A stretch of DNA of 64,000 nucleotides from positions 96,001-160,000 of the forward strand of contig JAWAWX010000001.1 in NCBI GenBank assembly GCA_038897215.1, read 5' to 3'. The DNA comes from Acidilobaceae archaeon (GTDB taxonomy: Archaea; Thermoproteota; Thermoprotei_A; Sulfolobales; Acidilobaceae). Both the position numbers and the translations under genes were made by a program. The notes under the pieces are model-generated. The model saw only the letters and a program-made list of their open reading frames with translations, ran no database searches and was not told the origin of the DNA. Below are positions 1-8,470 of this stretch, piece by piece; within the stretch, counting starts at the first letter, position 1, and each line of letters starts with the position of its first letter.

Positions 1-1
1 A

Positions 2-634
2 TACCAGCATATGGAGGAGTGGTGGAAGAAGCCCTACGAGGGGGAGCACGCTGAGGTGATGAGACTCAGGCTTATCGAGTGGAGGAGAGAGCCCGTCGTA
101 GTCAGAGTAGAGAAGCCGACGAGGCTGGGGAGAGCTAGAGCTTTAGGCTACAAGGCTAAGCAGGGAGTAGTAGTAGTCAGAGTGAGAGTCAGGAAGGGGG
201 GTAGGAGGAAGGCTAGACCGAACAAGGGTAGAAGGCCTAAGAGAATGGGGGTCTACGGCTTCGCTCCAGCAAAGAGCCTGAGGCTCATAGCCGAGGAGAG
301 AGCTCAAGCCAAGTACAGAAACCTAGTAGTCCTCAACAGCTACTACGTTGGAGAAGACGGGAAGTACAAGTGGTACGAGGTGATCCTAGTAGACCCCCAC
401 CATCCCGCTATCAAGAGCGACCCTGAGCTGAACTGGGTATGCTCCGGCAAGCACAAGGGGAGGCCCTTCAGAGGGCTCACTAGCGCTGGGAGGAAGATGA
501 GAGGCTTGCTGAAATCGAGAGGGCTCAGAGGAACGCACAAGCACAAGTGGAAGAAGAAGGCTAAGGAGAGAGAGCTCAAGAAGAGGCATGAGGCTAGCAG
601 AGGAGCAAGGCTCATAGAGGAGAGCAGAGAGTAG
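2..634 (+). CDS. rpl15e: 50S ribosomal protein L15e (true start probably just upstream of the window)
   Basis: [35 protein letters not shown] and RGLTSAG motifs; frame is open to the window edge (YQH before the ATG at 11). Confidence 0.97.
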   Translation, partial: YQHMEEWWKKPYEGEHAEVMRLRLIEWRREPVVVRVEKPTRLGRARALGYKAKQGVVVVRVRVRKGGRRKARPNKGRRPKRMGVYGFAPAKSLRLIAEERAQAKYRNLVVLNSYYVGEDGKYKWYEVILVDPHHPAIKSDPELNWVCSGKHKGRPFRGLTSAGRKMRGLLKSRGLRGTHKHKWKKKAKERELKKRHEASRGARLIEESRE

Positions 635-663
635 CCCTCCCTGCTCTCAGGGAGCGCGTAGCT

Positions 664-1098
664 ATGTCTGTATCCTCAGCAGTCCTCAGAACTCACGTTC
701 ACGCTACGGAGGACAGAGAGAAGGTCCTAGCTGCTCTCAGAAACACTCTCCCCCCGTCTCTCAGAGAGACCGTGGAGGTCGAGAGCGAGTCTTACGAGGG
801 GCACTACGGGAACAGGATCGAGGTCCTCACAGTGGAGCTGAGAGACTCCGAGGAGGCCGGAGCGCTCCTCTCCTACCTCCTAGAGTCTCTAGGAGACGCG
901 GATAGGAGGCTACTCCTCGCTACTCTAGCAGAGAGAGTGGATGAGAGCGGCTCGCTCTACCTGAGGCTCGACAAGCAGAGCGCCTACAGAGGCGTGCTTG
1001 AGCTAAGCGATGGAGACGACGTTATCAAGATTGAGATACGAGTAGAGGGCGGCAGGAGAGGAGCTCTAAGGATACTCAAAGAGGTGCTCTCGAGATAG
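664..1098 (+). CDS. DUF54 family putative RNA-binding protein (exosome/RNase P superoperon)
   Basis: HATED, GHYGN and LRLDKQ motifs; conserved position between rpl15e and rpp30. Confidence 0.9.
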   Translation: MSVSSAVLRTHVHATEDREKVLAALRNTLPPSLRETVEVESESYEGHYGNRIEVLTVELRDSEEAGALLSYLLESLGDADRRLLLATLAERVDESGSLYLRLDKQSAYRGVLELSDGDDVIKIEIRVEGGRRGALRILKEVLSR

Positions 1099-1778
1099 GG
1101 GGCTTCGCCGACCTAGGCCTCAGGCCTAGAGACGTTGACGCTGCTCTAGAGATGGTCAAGCTAGCCAGAAGGCTGGGCTACAGGCTTCTCTGCATTGAGG
1201 CCAGCGAGACTGTGGACTACGAGGCGGTAGCCAGGCTAGCTGGAGAGCTGGGCGTGAGACTATGCGTTAGAGTCACGGTCGAGGGGAGGAGCAGGAGGGA
1301 GGTCAGAGCTGAGATAGAGAGAGTGAAGAAGAGCTCGGGAAACCGTCTCCCGCTGATAGTGGTGAACGCTAAGACCGTGGACTCTATGAGGTACTCAGCT
1401 ACATGCAAAGAGGTAGCACTCACTAGAGTAGAGCCTGGCTTCGAGAAGCTCATAGACAAGTCTCAAGCGCGACTCTTCGCTCAAAGAGGCTGGGGAGCGG
1501 TAGAACTCACACTCAGACCCCTGCTAGCCGGGAGCGGTCTCGACTACCTCTACTCAGCTGTCTCTAGAGCGTTGGAGGCAGGAGTAGACGTAGTCGTCTC
1601 AAGCGATAGCAGAGAACCGTGGGAGATGTGGAGCCCCTATCATGTAGTAGGGCTACTTGTCACCATGGGTGTTCCCGAAGCCACAGCTAGAACCTGGGTC
1701 TCCTCGGCTCCAGCTAGAGTGTCGGAGAGAACTCTCGCTGAGAGCATGCAGCACTCTCAAAGACTGTATCAGAGTTAG
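1095..1778 (+). CDS. rnp3: RNase P protein component 3 (Rpp30); start extended to probable ATA at 1095 (ORF track ATG at 1152)
   Basis: Gene context; LARRLGY and VVSSDS..W.M.SP motifs; in-frame upstream FADL first strand; GAGGTG SD 8 nt before the ATA. Confidence 0.85.
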   Translation: MGGFADLGLRPRDVDAALEMVKLARRLGYRLLCIEASETVDYEAVARLAGELGVRLCVRVTVEGRSRREVRAEIERVKKSSGNRLPLIVVNAKTVDSMRYSATCKEVALTRVEPGFEKLIDKSQARLFAQRGWGAVELTLRPLLAGSGLDYLYSAVSRALEAGVDVVVSSDSREPWEMWSPYHVVGLLVTMGVPEATARTWVSSAPARVSERTLAESMQHSQRLYQS

Positions 1779-1834
1779 AGTTTTAGGCTTGGAATTCAAC
1801 AATTTTTGATAGCGTTGTCAGGTGATACAGTTAA

Positions 1835-2671
1835 TTGATAGAAGCGGAGATGATTGAGGCTCTCAGAGAGATCGCTGGCAGAGTAAACGTCTACTACGCG
1901 CTAGCCAGTATCGCGCTCTACTTCCTCTCACTCTTCATATGGAGCTTTAGATGGGCGCTAGCTTCTCGCATAAGACTCAGCGTCTACAACGTAGCGCAAT
2001 TACTAGAAGGGATACTAGTAGGGATCCTGGTCAACAACCTCGTAGGCTTCTATAGCGTTGGAGGAGAGGTAGCTAGAGTAGTCTGGGTTTCCTACAGGGG
2101 TAGCGCTGAGTCAGCTAGGCTTCTCGCCGGCGTAGCAGTAGAGAGAGTCTCAGAGGTCCCCATAGCTCTAGCTTACCTCGCGTTCTTCACGAGTCTGGTG
2201 AGAGGAGAGCTAGCACTACTACTCCATATTCCAGCAGTCGCTAGCAAAGCCGGTAGCTACGCTCGCCTAACTCTCAGAAGTCTTAGGGAAGCATTATCGA
2301 ACCCATTGCTCCTCGCGGCTCTAGCAGTATTGTCCACTATGCTCTGGCTCATCGACAGCCTGAGGCTACTACTGCTCGCTAGGTCTGTCGGCGTCCCTAT
2401 AGACATAGCTACAGCTGCTTCGCTAACGCTTCTCGGCATAGCCTCTAGGATAGTGCTACTCACTCCAGCAAACCTAGGGATCTTCGAGGGAGTCTACCTA
2501 GGCTTCCTCAAAGCCTCAGGCTACAGTCTAGGAGACTCTCTAGCCGTAGTCCTCGCCGAGAGACTGCTAATCTCTCTCATGCCCTCTATCCTGGGCGCTC
2601 TCATAGTCTTGAGAGAGGGGGGCTTCGAGGTACTCAAGAGAGTGAGCAGAGATGGGGGGAGGCTTGCGTGA
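1835..2671 (+). CDS. Lysylphosphatidylglycerol synthase TM domain / UPF0104 flippase-like protein
   Basis: RW, VNNL...GGEVAR, ER, TPANLGIFEG and ERLL motifs; multi-TM. Confidence 0.85.
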   Translation: MIEAEMIEALREIAGRVNVYYALASIALYFLSLFIWSFRWALASRIRLSVYNVAQLLEGILVGILVNNLVGFYSVGGEVARVVWVSYRGSAESARLLAGVAVERVSEVPIALAYLAFFTSLVRGELALLLHIPAVASKAGSYARLTLRSLREALSNPLLLAALAVLSTMLWLIDSLRLLLLARSVGVPIDIATAASLTLLGIASRIVLLTPANLGIFEGVYLGFLKASGYSLGDSLAVVLAERLLISLMPSILGALIVLREGGFEVLKRVSRDGGRLA

Positions 2672-3804
2672 GGATAGCCATAGTGACTGATTCCTATAAG
2701 CCTAGAGTAGGCGGTATAGAGAGCTTTCTCGAAGACTTCACGAAAATCCTGGCTAGAGAGCATGAGGTGATAGTGGTTACTCGAGTGAGCTCTCTCCAGA
2801 GGCACAACGGGAGAGAGAGCTCAGCCATCGCTGTGAGAGAAAACGGGGTTAGCGTCGTGAGGCTACCCTCATCGTACATAGACTACCGGGGGGTAACATT
2901 TAACCCTAAGTCTATAGCTATGATGAGCAGGATTCTCAGAGCTCTAGACCCCGACGTAGTCCACGGTCACAGCCTATACTCTACTCTAGCTCTGCTAGGA
3001 GCTTACTCGAGCTGGAGGTATCTAGAGAAGCCCTCGGTTCTCACAGCACACTCATTCCTAGACAAGGACACTCCCCGGTATCTAGTGCTCGGACTCAGGC
3101 TACTAGTCAGAAACGTGGGGGTCGTCACGGCGGTTAGCAGAAGTCTAGCGGAAGAGCTGTGGAGGAGGCTAAAGCCCCCCCGTCTAGCTGTAACCTACAA
3201 CTGCATCATATGCAGAGAGTGGGCTGAAAGCGAGGAGGAGAGCTCTCTCGAAGGAGACCCCGTGCTCGTCTCAGTGCTGAGGCTAGCTCATAGGAAGAAC
3301 CCGCTGGCTCTAATCGCTCTAGCCGAGGAGCTGGCTAGAGTAGCCCCGAAGGCTAGACTCTACGTGGTGGGAGAGGGGGAGCTGAGAGGAGTCATGGAGA
3401 AGAGAGCTAGGAAGAAAGGTTTAACCAACATAGTCTTCTTGGGAGCTCTAGACAGACGTGGAGTCATGAGAGTCCTGAAGAGGAGCCAAGTCTTCCTGCT
3501 ACCCAGCAGAACTGAAGCCCTCGGTCTCTCAGCTCTCGAAGCCATGGCTTCAGGAGTCCCCGTCGTAGCCATGAGAGTCGGAGGCCTCCCCGAGGTTGTC
3601 GCTCACGGAGAGAGCGGTCTCCTAGCAAGCTCCACTAGAGAGTTCATAGAGCACGCTCTGAGACTCGTGAGCGACGAGCAGACCAGGAGGAGGCTCGCAG
3701 CGGGGGCTCTCGAGCGCGCCAAGCTCTTCGACTGCGAGAAGCAGCTCCCCAGATACCTGGCTGTCTACAGGCTCGCGGAGAGAGCTCTGGCTGAAGCGAG
3801 ATGA
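2668..3804 (+). CDS. GT4 glycosyltransferase, PIG-A-like
   Basis: P.VGGIES, HGHSLYS, TAHS, RLAHRK and SRTEALGLSALEAMASG (EX7E) motifs. Confidence 0.9.
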   Translation: MRIAIVTDSYKPRVGGIESFLEDFTKILAREHEVIVVTRVSSLQRHNGRESSAIAVRENGVSVVRLPSSYIDYRGVTFNPKSIAMMSRILRALDPDVVHGHSLYSTLALLGAYSSWRYLEKPSVLTAHSFLDKDTPRYLVLGLRLLVRNVGVVTAVSRSLAEELWRRLKPPRLAVTYNCIICREWAESEEESSLEGDPVLVSVLRLAHRKNPLALIALAEELARVAPKARLYVVGEGELRGVMEKRARKKGLTNIVFLGALDRRGVMRVLKRSQVFLLPSRTEALGLSALEAMASGVPVVAMRVGGLPEVVAHGESGLLASSTREFIEHALRLVSDEQTRRRLAAGALERAKLFDCEKQLPRYLAVYRLAERALAEAR

Positions 3805-4535
3805 GGAGCACGGCAACGCTCACGGTAGACGTTGAGATGGACGCGCCGCCCTGTCTCAACACCTGGAGGGGTGTAGAGGAGGGCCTCCCCCTTCTCCTAG
3901 ACGTTCTCAGCGTTATCGGAGCCAAAGCTACCTTCTTCACTCTCGGGATCGTAGCAGTCAAGTACCCTAGAGCCGTCTCCAGGATAGTAGATGAGGGGCA
4001 CGAGCTCGGAAGCCACGGGTGGGACCACTCGAGACTAGACAAGCTCAGCCCCAGAGAGGCGGTGGAGAACGTCAAGAGGAGCCTGAGAGTTCTGAGAGAC
4101 TACGGGGAAGTCAGGAGCTTCAGAGCCCCCAACTTCAAGCTACCACACTGGCTCCTAGGCTTCCTCAAAGAGGAGGGAGTCGAGGTAGACTCGAGCATAG
4201 CCAGATACAAGCCCCCGTTTCCTCGAGGCATCGCCGTAGAAGAGGGGCTCGTGCGAGTCCCCGCCAGCTATCCTAGTAGCGTCTTCAGGCTACCCTTCCT
4301 CATACTGAAGCCCCTCCTCCTAAGCGCGGGCTCTCCAGTGGTTCTCGACCTCCACCCCTGGGAGCTAGCAGAAGTCAGGTGCGCGAGCAGACCGGACCTC
4401 ACGGCCGGCGTTGGGAGAGAGCTAGCGGTCAGAGTAGCCAGGTCTCTAGCCTACCTCGAGTCAACGGGCTACTCCCTCCTCTCCCTGGGAGAGCTAGTGA
4501 GAGCTCATCTCGAGAGAGCCCCCGCGCTAAGATAA
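3801..4535 (+). CDS. Polysaccharide deacetylase (CE4/NodB-like)
   Basis: TVDVE, HELGSHGWDH, FRAP, DSS and LHPWE motifs. Confidence 0.9.
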   Translation: MRSTATLTVDVEMDAPPCLNTWRGVEEGLPLLLDVLSVIGAKATFFTLGIVAVKYPRAVSRIVDEGHELGSHGWDHSRLDKLSPREAVENVKRSLRVLRDYGEVRSFRAPNFKLPHWLLGFLKEEGVEVDSSIARYKPPFPRGIAVEEGLVRVPASYPSSVFRLPFLILKPLLLSAGSPVVLDLHPWELAEVRCASRPDLTAGVGRELAVRVARSLAYLESTGYSLLSLGELVRAHLERAPALR

Positions 4536-4574
4536 GAGCCCCCCAGCTCGGCTGGAGAGCTGGGAGAGTGATGC

Positions 4575-5345
4575 TTGCGAGCAGCTAAAGCCAGGAGGCT
4601 AGTGTTGGCAGCGCTAGCAGCGCTCGCTCTAGCGTCGGTAGCAGCTCTCCTAGGGGGCCTCCACCTAGAGGAGCGAGTCCTCAGCGACGTAGAGCTAGCC
4701 GGGGGGAGCTACAGAGTAGAGCTGGCTAGTGGAGCGGTCGAGGTCGTGGTCTCGGAAGGCTACACGGTCGAGTGGCGCCTGGTCTACTCCCAGCTAGACG
4801 TTGGCGGCTTCATAGCAGTCTACGTGATCGGCAACAGCACAGGCTATGAGCTACTCGAGGGGCGGAGCGGTGTTGCTGACCTCCCTCTCGGAGCAAAGCC
4901 CTCGAGCTTCATACCAATGACCTCGGAGGGCAACGTGATCCCCAGAGAGGCGGAGACTGTCGAGAAGGGGCGGTTGCGCGTAACCTACGCTGACCTTCTG
5001 ACGGGGCGCACGGTCATAGCCGAGTTCACTCTACTCTACAGGGATATACTTCTGAGAGCAGAGGGAGCGGCCGGGTTCAGCTTGGCTCTCAAAGCGGTAG
5101 CACCGAGCGGAGAGACTAGAGTGGAGAGAGCCTCCTGCAGTCTAGGAGTTTGCGAGCTATCACTCAGCGGGGTCCACGCTCAGAGCTACGAGGTCTCGGT
5201 CACGGCCGAGAAACCGCTTGCTAAGACCCTCCTAGTCTCTCTCTTAGCCTTATCCTCAGCAGGACTCGCTCTAGCGTTACTCCTCGAGGCTCGAGAGACC
5301 GCGCTCGCCAAGAGGTTCTCTAAAAGCGCTTCCCACAAACCTTAA
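4575..5345 (+). CDS. Hypothetical membrane protein (N- and C-terminal TM helices flanking a beta-rich domain)
   Basis: 256-aa ORF, host-like codon use, hydrophobic ends. Confidence 0.7.
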   Translation: MRAAKARRLVLAALAALALASVAALLGGLHLEERVLSDVELAGGSYRVELASGAVEVVVSEGYTVEWRLVYSQLDVGGFIAVYVIGNSTGYELLEGRSGVADLPLGAKPSSFIPMTSEGNVIPREAETVEKGRLRVTYADLLTGRTVIAEFTLLYRDILLRAEGAAGFSLALKAVAPSGETRVERASCSLGVCELSLSGVHAQSYEVSVTAEKPLAKTLLVSLLALSSAGLALALLLEARETALAKRFSKSASHKP

Positions 5346-5396
5346 GCTTAAAAGCGCTCAACTCAACCGTAAACCCAGTAGTAGTTAGGGGGTGTA

Positions 5397-8357
5397 ATGA
5401 GAGCAATGAGTAGATGGTTCTTAGCGCTAGCCTCCCTACTCCTCGTGGCAGTGCTACTATCGATAGCCCCCACTCCAGTGGACGCGCAGGCCGCTATTAG
5501 AGGCCCAGCCTCCGAGAGACTGGTCTACACGAGAGTACCCATCGAGAGAGCGGCTAGCGCTCTAGCAGCCGGCGAGATAGACCTGTACATATTCGGTCTG
5601 AGAGGAGGAGCTATAGCAGACGTGGCTAAAGTGCCTGGAGTCAAGCTGGTCTTCACCCCCACGGGTCTATTCAACTTCGTGCTCAACCCGGCCCCGGTTC
5701 ACATCATATCGCTACCGGGAAGACACACTATCGAGACCGCTGCTCTAACTCTGGGAATCAAGCCAATACTCATCAGTCACGTCAGCTACGATGAGGCGAC
5801 TCGCAGGAGCACTGTGGAGCTCTGCGGAGTCCTAACCAGGCCTCTGCCAACTGGCGCTACCGAGGTGTGGAGGCACCCCGAGGACACCTTCAACCCGTTC
5901 TGCATCAGAGAAATAAGGTTCGCGCTACACTATGCTCTCGACAGAGACAGGATAGTTAGAGAGATCTTCCATGGCTTCGCCTTCGTGAAGTATACTCACT
6001 ACGGTGTCGACGATCCTGTCTATGTCGATATAGCTGATGTAGTCGCTAAGTACAGGTTCGTCTACGACCCAGACTACGTCAAGAAGGTGGTTACTGAAGC
6101 CATGACCGACGCTGGAGCAACGCTCGTGGGAGGAGAGTGGCACTACGCTGGGAAGCCCGTAGTGATAAAGGCTCTGATCAGAGTCGAGGACGAGAGGCTA
6201 GACATCGGTAGAGCTTTCGCTCTAGAGTTAATCAAGCTAGGCTTCAGAGTCATCAGGACCGAGACAACCTTTGGTCCAGCTATAGCGATAGTCTACTACA
6301 CTGACCCCAAGGAGCTCCAGTGGAGTTACTACACTGAGGGCTGGGGCAGAGGAGCAGTTGTCCGCTACAACGCCGGCCCGCTAGCCCAGTTCGGCGCAGA
6401 CTACTACTGCTACCTGCCCGGCTGGTGCGAGCCCGGTTATTGGAACTACAAGCACCAAGTAGCGATAGATGGCAGGAACGCCTCAGACTACGCTAGACAA
6501 GCTATACTGATGAATGTAAAGAACAAGGAGGAGTGGCTCGACGCGCTGAGGAAGGGCACAGAGCTAGCGATCAAGGAGGCCATAAGGCTGTGGGGATGGG
6601 CGCGCCTAGATGCTCACGCTTACAGAGCAGAGGTTAGAGGAATAACGGAGGACCTGGGAGCAGGGCTCAGGAGCCCGTTTGTCTGCAGAGGCATACATGT
6701 GCCGGGCAAGCCTGAGCTCACCATAGGCCACCTGTGGGTCCACACTGCCACCACGATCTGGAACCCCTACAGAGGCTTCGGAGACGTCTACAGCGTAGAC
6801 CCTGGCAGGTGCACCTGGGACTTCGCTATGTGGTGGCACCCGTTCACAGCAATGCCTATAGAGTTCAGAGCTAGAGTGGTCAGCGTCGAGACAGCAGGCC
6901 CGGAGGGCAAGCTAGCGGTCCCCGCTGACGCCTTCTGGTTCGACCCCGTGAGGAACACGTGGGTGCCGGCTCACGAGCTCGGAAGGAGAGAGGCTACGAG
7001 CAAGGTCGTGATAGACTACTCGAGATTCCTCGGAGCCAGGTGGCACCACGGTCAGCCAATAACGTGGGCTGACATACTCGGAGGCTTCGCGCTCCTACTC
7101 GATGCAGTCTACGATGAAGAGAAGGTGAGGATAGAGCCTACTGTTAGCGGCTACTACAAGAGCACTCTCGACACATTCGTGGCTCTAAGAATAGTCGGCG
7201 ACACCAGGCTAGAGATATACGTCAACTACTGGCACTTCGAGCCATCCTTCATAGCTAGCTGGGCCGTGCTAAGGCTAGACCTGCCGTTCGAGATATGGGT
7301 GGCTCAAGATTATGCAGCATTCGTAGCTAAGACTCACGCTCTGGATAGACCTAGAGCTGATAGAGAGAGGATCCCGTGGCTCTCGCTGACTCTGAGAGCT
7401 CACGCTGAGGCCCTGGCAGGCATGCTCACTGGAGCGATATCCTTCGCTGACTACGCTAGCTTCGTGACGCTACCCGGCGGCAGAGTCCTCATGACGGAGT
7501 CCGAGTGGAGAGCCAGGACGAGCGCTGTAGCGAGCTGGTTCGCGAGCTATGGCAACCTCTGGATATCCAACGGTCCATTCATGGTGACCGAGTACAGCCC
7601 AGAGCTCCAGAGACTAACCCTCACAGCGTTCAGAGACCCGACGTACCCGTTCGGCCCCACAGACTGGGTCTTCGGAGCGGCTACCCCAGCTAGAGTCGTC
7701 GGAGTAGAGGCCGGGCTACTGGCTGTCGGCAGAGACTCCACTATAGCTGTTAGAGTGACCGGGCCTGGAGTGATAACGCTGAGATACCTGATAGTAGACC
7801 CGCAGACAGGCGAGGTCATAGGTAGCGGTGTTGCGGAGGGAAGAGAGGGAGTGATCTCCATCAATGTCCCAGCAGACATCACCTCGAAGCTAGTCGGCTT
7901 CGCTAGCTACAGACTCATAGTGGTAGCCGTCTCCAGCGAGGTAGCGATACCCTCAGAGTTCACGGCGCTAGTCCAGGCTGTGCCCGCTCAGTTCATAGAG
8001 CAGTACGAGGAGATAGTGAAGAGCGTCGAGGAGCTCGCCAAGGACATAGCACGCATAGAGGAGAGGATAGGCGGGCTCTCTAGAGAGATAGCTGAGGCGA
8101 TAAGAGGCCTGGGAGTAGCTCTATCCGACGCGATATCCAGGCTGGGAGTGACCCTGACGGATAGGATAGGCGAGCTTGGAACAACTCTCGAGAGCGAGGT
8201 CAGGAAGTCTAGAGCAGACATAGTGGATAGAGTAGAAGACTCCAGAGCAGTCAGCGATGCTGCGAAAACGTACGCTACCTACGCTCTAGTGCTATCGCTC
8301 ATCAACGCAGTGTTACTACTAGCGGTGATAGCTCTAATATTCACTAGAAGGAGCTAA
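5397..8357 (+). CDS. oppA: Peptide ABC transporter substrate-binding protein (OppA/DppA family) with C-terminal stalk and TM anchor
   Basis: Signal peptide; NPAP...FNPF.IREIR.A, WHHGQPITWAD and ISNGPF motifs; C-terminal coiled coil, TM helix and RRS tail. Confidence 0.92.
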   Translation: MRAMSRWFLALASLLLVAVLLSIAPTPVDAQAAIRGPASERLVYTRVPIERAASALAAGEIDLYIFGLRGGAIADVAKVPGVKLVFTPTGLFNFVLNPAPVHIISLPGRHTIETAALTLGIKPILISHVSYDEATRRSTVELCGVLTRPLPTGATEVWRHPEDTFNPFCIREIRFALHYALDRDRIVREIFHGFAFVKYTHYGVDDPVYVDIADVVAKYRFVYDPDYVKKVVTEAMTDAGATLVGGEWHYAGKPVVIKALIRVEDERLDIGRAFALELIKLGFRVIRTETTFGPAIAIVYYTDPKELQWSYYTEGWGRGAVVRYNAGPLAQFGADYYCYLPGWCEPGYWNYKHQVAIDGRNASDYARQAILMNVKNKEEWLDALRKGTELAIKEAIRLWGWARLDAHAYRAEVRGITEDLGAGLRSPFVCRGIHVPGKPELTIGHLWVHTATTIWNPYRGFGDVYSVDPGRCTWDFAMWWHPFTAMPIEFRARVVSVETAGPEGKLAVPADAFWFDPVRNTWVPAHELGRREATSKVVIDYSRFLGARWHHGQPITWADILGGFALLLDAVYDEEKVRIEPTVSGYYKSTLDTFVALRIVGDTRLEIYVNYWHFEPSFIASWAVLRLDLPFEIWVAQDYAAFVAKTHALDRPRADRERIPWLSLTLRAHAEALAGMLTGAISFADYASFVTLPGGRVLMTESEWRARTSAVASWFASYGNLWISNGPFMVTEYSPELQRLTLTAFRDPTYPFGPTDWVFGAATPARVVGVEAGLLAVGRDSTIAVRVTGPGVITLRYLIVDPQTGEVIGSGVAEGREGVISINVPADITSKLVGFASYRLIVVAVSSEVAIPSEFTALVQAVPAQFIEQYEEIVKSVEELAKDIARIEERIGGLSREIAEAIRGLGVALSDAISRLGVTLTDRIGELGTTLESEVRKSRADIVDRVEDSRAVSDAAKTYATYALVLSLINAVLLLAVIALIFTRRS

Positions 8358-8358
8358 C

Positions 8359-8420
8359 GGCTAGACTCTCGCAGAGTCTCCCTAGCCTCTACTCTTCCTC
8401 ATCTCCTTCTTTCTCCTTTA
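8359..8420 (+). terminator. Hairpin plus pyrimidine tract after oppA
   Basis: AGACTCT-cgc-AGAGTCT stem inside GGCTAG...CTAGCC, followed by a long C/T-rich run. Confidence 0.45.
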
Positions 8421-8470
8421 GTAAGTTTTTTAATCGCTCCTAGTAGAAGAGTAGAAGACCCTCGAGCTAA

